Assembly (NCBI GenBank): GCA_965226885.1 | Contig: CBDDEL010000016.1 | Coordinates: 384,001 to 448,000, forward strand | Length of the DNA stretch: 64,000 bases | Direction: 5' to 3' | DNA from: Opitutales bacterium | GTDB taxonomy: Bacteria > Verrucomicrobiota > Verrucomicrobiia > Opitutales > UBA2987 | Part shown: positions 1 through 10,967 of the stretch, piece by piece | Layout: every line of letters starts with the position of its first letter | Numbering within the stretch: position 1 is the stretch's first letter | Program-made: the position numbers and the translations under genes | Notes under the pieces: generated by a model | Told to the model about the DNA's origin: nothing | Seen by the model: the letters and a program-made list of their open reading frames with translations, nothing else | The model's database searches: none

Positions 1-86
1 AATCAAGACGATCTGCTCAAAATACAAAGAAATCCATCTCCAATAGCAATAACGAGCCAAACTTTACCCTTCATGAAATATCCGGG
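1..86 (+). mobile_element. IS1380-family element, right end only (copy A1, cut by window edge)
   Basis: Identical to the 3' end of full copies (...CCCTTCATGAAATATCCGGG), followed by CTAA. Inserted just before the orfA start of IS3 element B (intact B reads TTCTCCTAAATGG). Confidence 0.95.
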
Positions 87-300
87 CTAAATGGAGAATC
101 GAAGCATGGGAAGAAGACGCTTTAGTATAGAGTTCAAAAATGAGGCAGTTCAACTGATGATACTCGATGGTCTGAGCGCCACCGAGGTATCGACCAAACT
201 TGGGGTCAACACCAACCAATTGTATAGGTGGAAGAGGCTCTATCTGGACGATCAGCAGGGCGAAGCCACCTCAAAGCGACAGAGCAGTCCGAAGGAGATG

Positions 301-1633
301 TGAAGTGGACGGGGTTGTTTGGACAATTTTGACGTGGGATTAAGGTGGAAATCGTGTTCATATTATTTTTTAAAAATATATTTTGTCCTTAGCCAAAGAC
401 GGGCACGCAGGTGCCCGCAAGCTGTATTGGCGGGGAGGTTGGTTTTGCTCCGATTGCATGGACTTCGGCCGGGGTCCGGTAGCCCAGGGCTTGGTGGGGG
501 CGCAGGTGGTTGTAGAAGTCCAGGTAGCGGGCTATCCCTTCGCTGGCTTCCTTTGCCGTGGCGTATTCGCGCAGGTAAATGTCTTCATACTTGAGGGTTC
601 TCCAAAAGCGTTCAACAAATATGTTGTCCAGGTAGCGGCCACGCCCGTCCATGCTGATGCGCACCCCGGCTTGCCCCAGCACCGAGGTGAACTCGCTGCC
701 GGTAAACTGGCTGCCTTGATCGGTGTTGAAGATTTGAGGTTGGGCCCGCCTCAGAGCTTCCTCCAGGGCGAGCACACAGAAGCGGCTCTCCAGGGTGTTG
801 GAAAGCTGCCAGCTCAACACGTAGCGGCTGAACCAGTCCAACACCACGGTCAAGAAAAGGAATCCTCGGCTCAGCCGCAGGTAAGTGATGTCGCTGCACC
901 ATACCTGGTCGGGCCGCTCGACCGCCAAACCCCGCAGCAGATAAGGGAAAATGCGGTGCTGCCGGTGCCCCTGGCTCAAGTTTCGACGCGGATAAATAGC
1001 CTCCAGGCCCATTTGGCGCATGAGCCGCTGGATGCGGCCTCGTCCCACTGCATGGCCCTCTCGACGCAGCCACTGGGTCATCCGGCGAGAACCAAAAAAC
1101 GGATATTGGGTGTAGAGCTCATCCATGCGATGCATGTAGAGAACGTTCTGCTCGCACTGGGCACGGGCCCGATAGTAATAGCTGCCGCGGGCCAGCCCCA
1201 GCAACTGACATTGCCTGCCGATACTGATTTTTCCTTGAAGTGGTTGCACCATCTTGCGCTTCTCACCAACCGAATTGTTCAGACTTTTTTTTTAGCCAAT
1301 CGCATTCTACTTTCAGCTTTCCAATCTCCTGGTAAAGGTGATCTTTTTCCGTCTCGTTGTCCTTGCTGAGAGTCTGCCGCTGGCGCGAAAACAGCTCCGT
1401 TGCTCCCTGCAAAAGCTGCTTCTTCCATTGGGTCACCTGGTTGGGATGCACCTCAAAACGACCGGCGATCTCGTTGATGGTATGAGCGCCCCTGATGGCT
1501 TCCAGGGCCACTCGGGCTTTAAACTCAGCACTGTATTGTCTTCTCTTTCGTGATTTAATAACATTCATAGGTTAGCGGATTTAGTGGTTCAAGACCACCT
1601 TATTCCACTGTCCAGTTTTCCCCGTCCATTTCA
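301..1633 (-). mobile_element. IS3-family element C, copy C1 (1333 bp)
   Basis: TG...CA imperfect inverted ends (TGAAATGGACGGGG / TGAAGTGGACGGGG). Flanks ATG / ATA do not form a TSD. Confidence 0.95.
389..1568 (-). CDS. IS3-family transposase (OrfA 1263-1568, OrfB 389-1252; frameshift fusion)
   Basis: Orf[20 protein letters not shown]. OrfB rve integrase core WCSDITY...FNTDQGSQF...[15 protein letters not shown]. Confidence 0.93.
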
Positions 1634-2557
1634 ATAGATCGTCTTCGCAAAGAGCTGCGCCGCTCGGAGCGGATCAACCAGATACTAAAAAAAACGGTGG
1701 GCTACTTTGCCAAGGACGAACAATGAAGTACCAGTTTGTCAAAGACAACGAGGGGCGCTTCAAGATCGAGGAAATATGCTCGGCGATGGGGATTTGTCGC
1801 AGTGGCTATTACTGCTGGAGGCACCGAGCGCCCTCGGCCCGGCGGATCGAGGACGAGGGAATCAAGGGGGCGATCCTGAAGGTACACAAAGAGGCCAAGG
1901 GCCGCTATGGGCATCGGCCAATGCACCGCCATCTGAAGGATGATGAGGGCATCGATTGCGGCCGTGACCGGGCTCTGCGTCTGATGCGTGAAATGGGAAT
2001 CAAAAGCACCCAGAGTAAACGCTTTAAGCCATTAAAAACCAACAGTAACCATCCCTATGGTTACAGCCCCAATGTGCTTAAAAAGCATGGCCAGCCGACC
2101 CATATCGACGAGGTCTGGGTGGCGGACACGACCTACCTACGGACCCTGGCCGGTTGGATGTACTTGGCCACGGTGATGGACCTGTTCAGCCGACGCCTGC
2201 TGGGCTGGAGCGTTTCCAACCACAACGACGCGAAGCTGGTTGGCAAGGCCCTCAAAGCCGCGGCCATGACCCGCGGCACACTGCGCACCGGGATTATTCA
2301 TCACAGCGATCGGGGCAGCCCCTACGCCAGCGACGACTATCAGAGGCTGGTCTCTGAACTAGACATGAAGCCGAGCATGAGCGCCCAAGGCAACTGCTAC
2401 GACAACGCGGCCATGGAATCGTTCTACGGCCGCTTCAAGACCAGCACGATTCGAGGCCGCCACTTTGCCGACGAGCGCGAACTGCGATCAACTGTCTTCG
2501 AATACGTGGAAATCTTCTACAACCGATATCGCAAACATTCCTCTCTGAGTTACCAAA

Positions 2558-3882
2558 TGATGTGCACTGGAAAAAGTGGACACGAGATTCTCCTAAATGG
2601 AGAATCGAAGCATGGGAAGAAGACGCAGTATAGAGTTCAAAAATGAGGCAGTTCAACTGATGATACTCGATGGTCTGAGCGCCACCGAGGTATCGACCAA
2701 ACTTGGGGTCAACACCAACCAATTGTATAGGTGGAAGAGGCTCTATCTGGACGATCAGCAGGGCGAAGCCACCTCAAAGCGACAGAGCAGTCCGAAGGAG
2801 ATGGCGGCCGAGATAGATCGTCTTCGCAAAGAGCTGCGCCGCTCGGAGCGGATCAACCAGATACTAAAAAAAACGGTGGGCTACTTTGCCAAGGACGAAC
2901 AATGAAGTACCAGTTTGTCAAAGACAACGAGGGGCGCTTCAAGATCGAGGAAATATGCTCGGCGATGGGGATTTGTCGCAGTGGCTATTACTGCTGGAGG
3001 CACCGAGCGCCCTCGGCCCGGCGGATCGAGGACGAGGGAATCAAGGGGGCGATCCTGAAGGTACACAAAGAGGCCAAGGGCCGCTATGGGCATCGGCCAA
3101 TGCACCGCCATCTGAAGGATGATGAGGGCATCGATTGCGGCCGTGACCGGGCTCTGCGTCTGATGCGTGAAATGGGAATCAAAAGCACCCAGAGTAAACG
3201 CTTTAAGCCATTAAAAACCAACAGTAACCATCCCTATGGTTACAGCCCCAATGTGCTTAAAAAGCATGGCCAGCCGACCCATATCGACGAGGTCTGGGTG
3301 GCGGACACGACCTACCTACGGACCCTGGCCGGTTGGATGTACTTGGCCACGGTGATGGACCTGTTCAGCCGACGCCTGCTGGGCTGGAGCGTTTCCAACC
3401 ACAACGACGCGAAGCTGGTTGGCAAGGCCCTCAAAGCCGCGGCCATGACCCGCGGCACACTGCGCACCGGGATTATTCATCACAGCGATCGGGGCAGCCC
3501 CTACGCCAGCGACGACTATCAGAGGCTGGTCTCTGAACTAGGCATGAAGCCGAGCATGAGCGCCCAAGGCAACTGCTACGACAACGCGGCCATGGAATCG
3601 TTCTACGGCCGCTTCAAGACCAGCACGATTCGAGGCCGCCACTTTGCCGACGAGCGCGAACTGCGATCAACTGTCTTCGAATACGTGGAAATCTTCTACA
3701 ACCGATATCGCAAACATTCCTCTCTGAGTTACCAAAGCCCAGTCCAATTCGAGGAAAATATTTGCCCCCCATGGGGGGCAACGAGAAAACAAAACCCTTT
3801 ACCAAAACAAGCCGCCTGACACACTAATCAATAAACAATGAATATAAGAGAATCCCGTGTCCAACAAATCCAGTACACGTCA
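2558..3882 (+). mobile_element. IS3-family element B, copy B2 (1325 bp), inserted inside B1
   Basis: Ends TGATGTGCACTGGA... / ...TCCAGTACACGTCA. 4-bp TSD CAAA (2554-2557, 3883-3886). Confidence 0.95.
2597..3819 (+). CDS. IS3-family transposase (OrfA 2597-2905, OrfB 2902-3819; -1 frameshift)
   Basis: ATGA overlap, A8C slippery run near the end of orfA with OrfB in the -1 frame, intact DDE motifs. Confidence 0.92.
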
Positions 3883-4436
3883 CAAAGCCCAGTCCAATTC
3901 GAGGAAAATATTTGCCCCCCATGGGGGGCAACGAGAAAACAAAACCCTTTACCAAAACAAGCCGCCTGACACACTAATCAATAAACAATGAATATAAGAG
4001 AATCCCGTGTCCAACAAATCCAGTACACGTCAACCATGAAAAAGGCAGCTGCTGCCAGGTGGCGAAACTGGGTAATGAAGGTAGCAGGTTTTTTTGCCCT
4101 TTGATATGATTTGACCACAAGTTTACTCGATCCTTCCCCTAAAAACCTTCATCAACGCTAAAGTAGGCGGCTTTCCCTTTTCAGCTCTAATATCTCATTT
4201 TCAATACAATTTATCAATCTTTTCCAGGCTATCTGGATTTGATATCGGCGGTCTTCCACATTTTTCATTATAGATGAGACTGCAATTGGTCATGGACAGC
4301 ACGGAAATCTTTAAAATCGTGTTCAATCAGGATAATGCCGGCAATTCGAATATCGTTGTTGGATTAAGGATAGTAATGCAAAAATGGATGCGCGCTTAAG
4401 AACTTCCCCATAACGGAATTAATTTACAGAAATAAA

Positions 4437-5462
4437 ATGAGGAAATATTTTCCCAGATTATTATTAATATTCACTATGGCCTCATGTATAATACCTGAAG
4501 ATTCATCAGCTCAAAATGAACCCATGCTGCAAGCTCGCATAAAATTAATAAAGGAGCTGAACCCGGAGCAACTCGCCTTGGCCGTGCATCCATTAACCAC
4601 GGACGAACGCTATAATTGGCATTTCATTCCACGTTCTCGAAAAGGTCTTTCATTGAAAAGGATGGAGGACAATCAAAAGGATTTTGCCCACCAATTCCTC
4701 AAAAGCGGTTTGAGCATCCGGGGATATGAAAAAGCAGCGGGAATTGTGGAGCTGGAAGGCATTCTTAATGAAGTTGAACTATGGGGGTTTTTGCGGCGGG
4801 ACCCGGATGAGTATTATTTTACCCTATTCGGTTCACCGGAAGAAAATTCCACCTGGGGATGGAGATTCGAGGGGCATCACATTTCCCTCAATTTCACCAT
4901 CGTCAATGGTCGGCCCGCTTCGCAGACGCCTGCTTTTTGGGGGGCCAACCCGGCCCTCGTCCCCAAAGGACCCAAAAAGGGTTGGAGAGTGCTTGCCGAA
5001 GAGGAAAATACGGCTCGTAAACTAGTTCAATTGCTGAATAGAACACAAAGGAAACAGGCCGTTATCTCTGATCGGGCGCCAAGGGATATCATAACCGGAA
5101 CCGGCCGCAAGGCCATTGTTGAAAATCCGGAGGGCATCCGCCACTCGGCCCTGACGGAAGAACAGCAAAATATTCTCTGGTCTCTGGTCCTGGTTTATAC
5201 GGACAATTTTCGAAACGACCTGGCCGAAAATCAAAGGAAAAAAATCCTGAATTCCGGCCTCCAAAATCTTCATTTTGCCTGGGCTGGCGGACTGCATCCC
5301 GGGCAAGGCCATTATTATCGTATCCAGGGCCCAACCGTCTTAATCGAATACGATAACACGCAAAACGGCGCCAACCATATCCACACCGTATTTCGGGATT
5401 TACAAAACGAGTTCGGCGAGGATCTGCTGAACCAACATTATCAAGAGCACAATCACGACTGA
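4437..5462 (+). CDS. DUF3500-family exported protein
   Basis: Signal-peptide-like N-terminus. WGWRFEGHHISLN, YYRIQGPTVLIEYDNTQ..NHIHTV.RD..N.FGEDLL..HY motifs. Confidence 0.85.
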   Translation: MRKYFPRLLLIFTMASCIIPEDSSAQNEPMLQARIKLIKELNPEQLALAVHPLTTDERYNWHFIPRSRKGLSLKRMEDNQKDFAHQFLKSGLSIRGYEKAAGIVELEGILNEVELWGFLRRDPDEYYFTLFGSPEENSTWGWRFEGHHISLNFTIVNGRPASQTPAFWGANPALVPKGPKKGWRVLAEEENTARKLVQLLNRTQRKQAVISDRAPRDIITGTGRKAIVENPEGIRHSALTEEQQNILWSLVLVYTDNFRNDLAENQRKKILNSGLQNLHFAWAGGLHPGQGHYYRIQGPTVLIEYDNTQNGANHIHTVFRDLQNEFGEDLLNQHYQEHNHD

Positions 5463-5469
5463 TGAAAAA

Positions 5470-6021
5470 TCAGGGTAATTTATTCCAGTCGCTCCTGACA
5501 ATTCCGTAGGCTTCCAGGTCTTCAAACCTATCCCCCTTGAGAACGTGCTCTTTAAAACTCCCCTCCTCAACCATTCCCAACTTTTTCAAAACTCTGCCCG
5601 AGACCGGATTCCGGCTGATATGGTGAGCAATAATTTTATGCAATTTCAACTCTTGGAATCCGAATTTTACAACCGATCGCCCGGCCTCCGTGCAGTATCC
5701 TGAATTCCAGTATTCTTTCCCTATCCAATACCCTAATTCCCCTCTTTTAAATCGCGAGTTGATGATCAAACCGAAGGCTCCAATTAAATCACCATCCGGT
5801 TTCAAGCAAATGGCGAAAGTAACCGCTTTACCAATTTCATATTCTTGTTGAATGGTACTTATCCACTCTTCCGCCATGCCCTCCTCATAGGGATGCGAAA
5901 TGTTCAAAGTAGTGTCGGCAATGGCAAAATCGCCGGCCAGCAGTTTAACCGTTGGAGCATCCGACAAATCAAACGGCCGCAACGAGAGCCGGTCGGTCTC
6001 AAGAATTGGTTGATGAGTCAT
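5470..6021 (-). CDS. GNAT N-acetyltransferase (RimJ/RimL-like)
   Basis: LETDRLSLRPF, ELGYWIGKEYWNSGYCTEA, N..SGRVLKKLGM..EG motifs. Start overlaps the bshA 3' end. Confidence 0.9.
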   Translation of the reverse strand: MTHQPILETDRLSLRPFDLSDAPTVKLLAGDFAIADTTLNISHPYEEGMAEEWISTIQQEYEIGKAVTFAICLKPDGDLIGAFGLIINSRFKRGELGYWIGKEYWNSGYCTEAGRSVVKFGFQELKLHKIIAHHISRNPVSGRVLKKLGMVEEGSFKEHVLKGDRFEDLEAYGIVRSDWNKLP

Positions 6022-7144
6022 TGCTGAGAATTTTTCGGTAATAGTCGAGGTAGTGGTTGACTATTCTTTCCGAATTGAAAAGTTCCCCGGCCCGTTTTTG
6101 ACCTGCCGCACCCAATTCACGCAACCTGGCCGGGTTGTCGATCAGATAATCGAGCCCCTCGACAAAAGATGCCGTATCTCCCACCGGATAGGCAAATCCC
6201 GTCTCCCCATCCACAACCACCTCCAGAATCCCCCCAGCATTGGTGGTTAGGACGGGATGGCCGTAAAACATGCACTCCAGAATACTGAGCCCGAAACTCT
6301 CGTGTTCCGATGTGTAGAGACCGAGATCGGCGGCATTGAGGTAATTCTCTATATCCAACACGTATTCCTTAACCTCAACCTGATGCTCGATCCCCAAACG
6401 ACGAACGAGCGGAACATAGGGGGCAAAATTTCCGCCCGCCAAAATGAGCAGCTTCAATTTTTCCCGATGTTTTGCCCCGGCTATTATTTGCAGCAGATGA
6501 TCTATCCGTTTGGCCGGGCGCAGGTTCGACAAATGAAGAACCAGAAATTCATCCTCCAGTCCCAATTCATCCCGGACTTGCCGGCGGGTCTTGGCCGGTT
6601 CCCGGGGCTCGAAAAAATTGTGGATGACCTCGATCTCCTTCTCGATGCCGAAAGTAGATTTGGTTTGCTCGCGCAGGCTTTGGGAAACGGCCGTTACCCC
6701 GTCGGAGCGCTCGATGGCGTGTTTGATGATCGGTTGATAGTTGGGGTCTTTTCCCAGAAGAGTGGTGTCCGTGCCGTGCAGCGTGGTGATCACGCGAGGG
6801 CTTTCTGTTCCAAGCATTTGACGCGCCAAAATGGCTGCCACGGCATGCGGCACGGCATAGTGAACATGTAAAATGTCGAGCCCGAACTGGCGGCTTATTT
6901 CCGCCATTTTGACGGACAGCGGCAAGGTGTAATCGGGATGCTTGAAAAGCTCGTATTCGTTTACATTAACATGGTGGAAATAGACATTGGCGGGCGAAGC
7001 ATCGAGCCGGAAAGGCATTTCATAACTGATAAAATGAACCTCGTGTCCGCGTTTCGCCAGTTGGCTCCCCAGCTCGGTGGCTAAAATGCCGCTTCCCCCC
7101 ACCGAAGGGTAACAGGTGATTCCGATTTTAAGAAAAGCGGCCAT
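5999..7144 (-). CDS. bshA: N-acetyl-alpha-D-glucosaminyl L-malate synthase (GT4)
   Basis: KIGITCYPSVGGSG.LATELG, LHVHYAVPHA, TTLHGTD, ESFGLSILE match BshA. Confidence 0.88.
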   Translation of the reverse strand: MAAFLKIGITCYPSVGGSGILATELGSQLAKRGHEVHFISYEMPFRLDASPANVYFHHVNVNEYELFKHPDYTLPLSVKMAEISRQFGLDILHVHYAVPHAVAAILARQMLGTESPRVITTLHGTDTTLLGKDPNYQPIIKHAIERSDGVTAVSQSLREQTKSTFGIEKEIEVIHNFFEPREPAKTRRQVRDELGLEDEFLVLHLSNLRPAKRIDHLLQIIAGAKHREKLKLLILAGGNFAPYVPLVRRLGIEHQVEVKEYVLDIENYLNAADLGLYTSEHESFGLSILECMFYGHPVLTTNAGGILEVVVDGETGFAYPVGDTASFVEGLDYLIDNPARLRELGAAGQKRAGELFNSERIVNHYLDYYRKILSNDSSTNS

Positions 7145-7170
7145 TCCATTCAGTTCATTAGCCTAAAAGT

Positions 7171-7881
7171 CTAAAAAATTCTCGCCGAAAGAGACAATTC
7201 CGACAAAGCAGCCACTCGGACAGGATCCTCAGAGAACAGCCGCATCGCGTATTCCGTGCCCATTTCGATTCCGAGCAGGCGCGCCCTGGTATTTTGAAGT
7301 TCGAGATAATTGAGGGTCTTCAGTTGCGATTGGTGGCATTTCATCAACTCATTCCAACGCTCATGTTCTTCCGAAATATCGACCACCAAAGATGCAGCCA
7401 TGTTTTCACCCGGCTGGTTGCCCAAACCGGTGATTGCGTAATAATAAAGATGGCCGATGCGGTGAACGGGTTCTTCCCGCAACTCCGGCAGGCCGCCGTA
7501 TCGTGCCAGCCGGGCCGCTTCACGGCTCAGCCGGCCCGCCTTCCAATGGTCTGGGTGCTGGGTTTTATGGTCCAGCGGAGCGAGCACAATCGAGGGATTT
7601 TGCTGCCGGATATGATAAGCGATGCCGTTGGCCGGTTTGCATTCGAGGTGGGCATCACCGCCCAAATCGATAAATTCAAGATCGGCCCCCATCAGCCGGG
7701 CCGCCTTTTGCGACTCCTCCACACGCTCTTCGGGCGTCCCGTTGCTCCCGGCCTCTCCCTTGCTCAAAACCAGCATGAAAACTCGATTCCCCTGGTCGAT
7801 TTCCTTGAGCAGCAGCGCCCCGCACCCGAATTCGATGTCATCGGGATGAGCTCCTACGGCCAATATGGTTTCTTGAGGCAT
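7171..7881 (-). CDS. bshB: PIG-L family deacetylase, BshB1-like
   Basis: AHPDDIEFGCG, GEAGSNGTPEER..E, HPDH motifs. Adjacent to bshA. Confidence 0.8.
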   Translation of the reverse strand: MPQETILAVGAHPDDIEFGCGALLLKEIDQGNRVFMLVLSKGEAGSNGTPEERVEESQKAARLMGADLEFIDLGGDAHLECKPANGIAYHIRQQNPSIVLAPLDHKTQHPDHWKAGRLSREAARLARYGGLPELREEPVHRIGHLYYYAITGLGNQPGENMAASLVVDISEEHERWNELMKCHQSQLKTLNYLELQNTRARLLGIEMGTEYAMRLFSEDPVRVAALSELSLSARIF

Positions 7882-7963
7882 TGTTTCCTAACCAAAGATG
7901 ACACAGATAATCGAATAAGGTTCTCGATGAATTGCTTCCGATAAACTGCCTCAATCCCGGGGT

Positions 7964-8401
7964 TTAGTCTTTCTCTACGCTGAAACGGCCCGGCCCCATG
8001 AACATTATGCTCAAAAAAACAAATGCCAGGGAAAGCGGGTTGGATATGTAGAAATTAAAATTTTCGATGCCGCTTAATCCTTTTACCGGCTCGACAATGT
8101 GGTGGCATACGGCCACACTCATGGTGCAGATCAGAAAAAAACACGCCGGGCGAACCAGAAAACCGACAATCAGAAGTAGCCCTCCCACGACCTCCGAAAA
8201 AGCCGCCATGAATCCCCAAAAAACGGGCCAGAAAGTGATCCCGAACATGGCCATACTGGAACCGAGCCACTCCCATTGCTCACTGCCGGAAAGAATCTTG
8301 GGCACCCCGTGGAACATCATCAATACCCCCACTGAAACCCGTAAAATGAGCAGCCCCAAGTCCCTGGCCATGAAAAATTTTTTAATGGAATATAAGTTCA
8401 T
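7964..8401 (-). CDS. DoxX family membrane protein
   Basis: DLGLLILRVSVG.LM.FHG.PK, E..GGLLLI.G, GPGRFS motifs, about four hydrophobic segments. Confidence 0.88.
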   Translation of the reverse strand: MNLYSIKKFFMARDLGLLILRVSVGVLMMFHGVPKILSGSEQWEWLGSSMAMFGITFWPVFWGFMAAFSEVVGGLLLIVGFLVRPACFFLICTMSVAVCHHIVEPVKGLSGIENFNFYISNPLSLAFVFLSIMFMGPGRFSVEKD

Positions 8402-8516
8402 CCGCGAAAAGAATAACTAAAATAAAAACATCCGATCCAATATCAAGGTTGAATGGTCTCCTCACAAGGATTTGCCAAGACGGAATTTCCTGTCATTTTG
8501 AGAAAAATTTTGCATA

Positions 8517-8825
8517 TTGAAAACTTCGAGGGGAAAAGGACATTTCATCTGCCCGAATTGTGGCGCAGAAGTCCGCGTGGGGGCGTCGTCCTGCCCGGAA
8601 TGCGGCTCCGATGAGAAAACCGGATGGAGTGAGGAAGCCGAAAGCGGCTTTAACGAATATCCGGCGGGCTACGGTGAGGATGCTGATTTTAACTACAAAG
8701 AGTTTCTGCGCCAGGAATTTGGGCAGGAACTGGATGCCACCCCAATCATTCTGACCAAAAAAAATCTTGTTGCCGCAATCTCCATCCTGTTGGCAATGGC
8801 ACTTATCTGGCTCTGGATTTTTTGA
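8517..8825 (+). CDS. zinc-ribbon membrane protein
   Basis: CPNCG..CPECG pair plus a C-terminal hydrophobic helix. TTG start is uncertain. Confidence 0.7.
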   Translation: MKTSRGKGHFICPNCGAEVRVGASSCPECGSDEKTGWSEEAESGFNEYPAGYGEDADFNYKEFLRQEFGQELDATPIILTKKNLVAAISILLAMALIWLWIF

Positions 8826-8964
8826 CCGAATAACCGGTTTATGACCGCAAGAGACCAAGGCCGAATCGCGTAACCATTTGACCTGTTACTTTTTTTGTGA
8901 CTGTTTAATTAACCGAGGGAATGAAATACCCGCTGAATGATTCTAAACTCTGGAATTCCACATT

Positions 8965-10581
8965 ATGCTGATTCTAATAATTCTCGCCAGTTGCCTGATA
9001 TGCCTGGCGGCTTATAAATTTTACGGTGATTTTCTGGTTCGACGCTGCGGCCTGGACAATTCCATTGAAACGCCGGCCTGCTCGATAAACGACGGCGTCG
9101 ATTTTGTGCCCACCCGCACATCGGTCCTGTTCGGGCACCATTTTTCCTCCATAGCCGGGGCCGGTCCCATCGTTGGGCCCATTTTGGCCGGCATGTATTT
9201 CGGCTGGGGGCCCACCTGGATCTGGATACTCATCGGGGCCATCTTCGTCGGCGGCATCCACGATTTTGGCAGCACTTTCATGTCCATCCGCAGCCGGGGC
9301 CGCTCCATTGTAGATACCACCCGTAATCTGGTGGGAGAAGGCACCGGCAAACTCTTCGCCATCTTTGTCGTCCTGGCGCTGCTTTATGTCATCATCGTAT
9401 TTCTCGACCTGACGGCGGGAACGTTCGCCACCCAGCCGGAAGTGGCGACCTCCTCCGGTTGGTTCGTAATCATGGCCCTCATATTCGGGTTCGTTCTCTC
9501 CCGAACAAAGATTTCCATGAAAAAAGCGGTCTTCATTTTCGTGCCGCTCACTTTTCTCGGATTATGGGTGGGCCATACTTTCCCGGCCCCGCCAATGGAC
9601 AAAAATTTTTGGACATTATTGATCCTGGCCTACTGCCTGATCGCCGCCGTCCTGCCCGTACAAGTGCTTTTGCAGCCGCGTGATTTCCTCAGTTCCACCT
9701 TTCTCTATGCCATGCTTGCGTTGGGGGGCGTTGGGTTGCTCTTCGCCAATGCCCCCATGGAGTTGGAATTTTTCAAAAGCTGGCGGCACGAAGACGCCGG
9801 CATGCTCGTGCCCATACTCTTTATCACGGTGGCCTGTGGGGCCTGCAGCGGTTTTCACAGCATGGTAGCCAGCGGGACGACCTCCAAACAAATCCGGGTC
9901 GAGACCGATATCAAAAAGATTTCATTTGGCGGAATGCTGGTGGAAGGCATCCTCGCCACATTTTCACTGGCCTGTATTGCCGTTCTCAGTTCCTCCGCCA
10001 TAGAAGGATCCTCGCCCGTAAGCATATTCGCTCAAGGCTCGGCGATCTTTCTGGGCGCTCTGGGCATTCCGCAAAGTCTTTCCATTGAGTTCACCCTGCT
10101 GGCCGTAAGCACCTTTCTTCTCACCACCCTCGATACCTGCACCCGCCTGACCCGCTTTCTGATCGAAGAAATGCTAAACCTGCATAACAATTACAGCAGG
10201 TACCTGGGCACTTTGGGGGTTCTCATAATTCCGGGCTATTTTACCTTTCAGACATTTGATGGTCAACCGGCCTGGAAGGCTATCTGGCCTCTTTTCGGCG
10301 CTACCAACCAATTGCTGGCCGCCCTCGCCCTGGTTACCTTCGTGGTATTCCTCAAGGCCCGCCGCATCCGCTACGGATTCGTCCTCATCCCGGCCATCGT
10401 CATGGTTATCATGCCCCTGACCGCCCTGGTCATGATGGTCAACAAATACGGGCCCCTCTCGATGCTCGGCTCCATTTCCCTCGGCATGCTGCTGCTGGGG
10501 ATCTACGTGGTCGGCATGTCCGCCAAATTTGTCGTCGGCAGCAGTTCCGGGTTGCGGCAAATATCAAGTCCTGAAACCTGA
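8965..10581 (+). CDS. cstA: carbon starvation protein A family transporter
   Basis: [63 protein letters not shown]. Confidence 0.92.
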   Translation: MLILIILASCLICLAAYKFYGDFLVRRCGLDNSIETPACSINDGVDFVPTRTSVLFGHHFSSIAGAGPIVGPILAGMYFGWGPTWIWILIGAIFVGGIHDFGSTFMSIRSRGRSIVDTTRNLVGEGTGKLFAIFVVLALLYVIIVFLDLTAGTFATQPEVATSSGWFVIMALIFGFVLSRTKISMKKAVFIFVPLTFLGLWVGHTFPAPPMDKNFWTLLILAYCLIAAVLPVQVLLQPRDFLSSTFLYAMLALGGVGLLFANAPMELEFFKSWRHEDAGMLVPILFITVACGACSGFHSMVASGTTSKQIRVETDIKKISFGGMLVEGILATFSLACIAVLSSSAIEGSSPVSIFAQGSAIFLGALGIPQSLSIEFTLLAVSTFLLTTLDTCTRLTRFLIEEMLNLHNNYSRYLGTLGVLIIPGYFTFQTFDGQPAWKAIWPLFGATNQLLAALALVTFVVFLKARRIRYGFVLIPAIVMVIMPLTALVMMVNKYGPLSMLGSISLGMLLLGIYVVGMSAKFVVGSSSGLRQISSPET

Positions 10582-10598
10582 CACCTGCCTCTGGCCTC

Positions 10599-10967
10599 CT
10601 ATTTCCTGCCGCGCTCGATGAAGCGTTTTTCCTTAACCTTGTTGGCTTTTTTGCCAATTCGTTCGCGCATATAATACATGCGGGCTCGCATGACCACGCT
10701 TTCCCGGTCGACCTCAATCATATCGATATTGGGCGAGTGGACGGGGAAGACACGCTCAACGCCCTCGCCATAGGCGATGCGGCGAACGGTAAAGGTCTCA
10801 TGGATGCCAGGGCCTTTGCGCGCAATGACGATGCCGGAAAAAATCTGCACCCTTTCCTTGCCCCCTTCACGCACCTTGGTATGGACGCGCACACCATCCC
10901 CGACTTTAAAATGGTCGCGGTTTTCTTTCAGTTGGTCTTTAGTAATCTCTTGCAGGATCTGGTTCAT
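10599..10967 (-). CDS. rplS: 50S ribosomal protein L19
   Basis: [27 protein letters not shown]...GEGVER.FP.HSP. Confidence 0.97.
   Translation of the reverse strand: MNQILQEITKDQLKENRDHFKVGDGVRVHTKVREGGKERVQIFSGIVIARKGPGIHETFTVRRIAYGEGVERVFPVHSPNIDMIEVDRESVVMRARMYYMRERIGKKANKVKEKRFIERGRK

Larger units (their letters stand above)
91..1726 (+). pseudogene. IS3-family OrfA (element B1) split by element C
   Basis: MENRSMGRRRFSIEFKNEAVQL HTH start stops at the C1 boundary (300). The rest (IDRLRKEL...FAKDEQ) resumes at 1634. Confidence 0.88.
1723..3969 (+). pseudogene. IS3-family OrfB (element B1) interrupted near its C-terminus by copy B2
   Basis: WVADTTY...HHSDRGS...DNAAMESFY DDE core. Broken at ...SLSYQ, and SPVQFEE...KQAA* resumes at 3886. 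Confidence 0.88.
87..4032 (+). mobile_element. IS3-family element B, copy B1, interrupted by IS1380, IS3 element C and a second copy of itself
   Basis: orfA 91-300 + 1634-1726, orfB 1723-2557 + 3887-3969. Right end ...CCAACAAATCCAGTACACGTCA at 4032. Confidence 0.92.

Noticed and set aside
383..1369. 328-aa ORF antisense to IS3-C orfB (repeated in all five copies)
   Set aside because: Shadow ORF of a GC-rich transposase. It recurs only because the IS copies are identical.
3733..4032. 150-bp tandem direct repeat
   Set aside because: Explained by self-insertion of IS3 element B with a CAAA TSD. Not an array.
4033..4120. Possible signal-peptide start (VVKSYQRAKKPATFITQFRHLAAAAFFM) on the minus strand, cut by IS
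   Set aside because: Too short to support a gene call.
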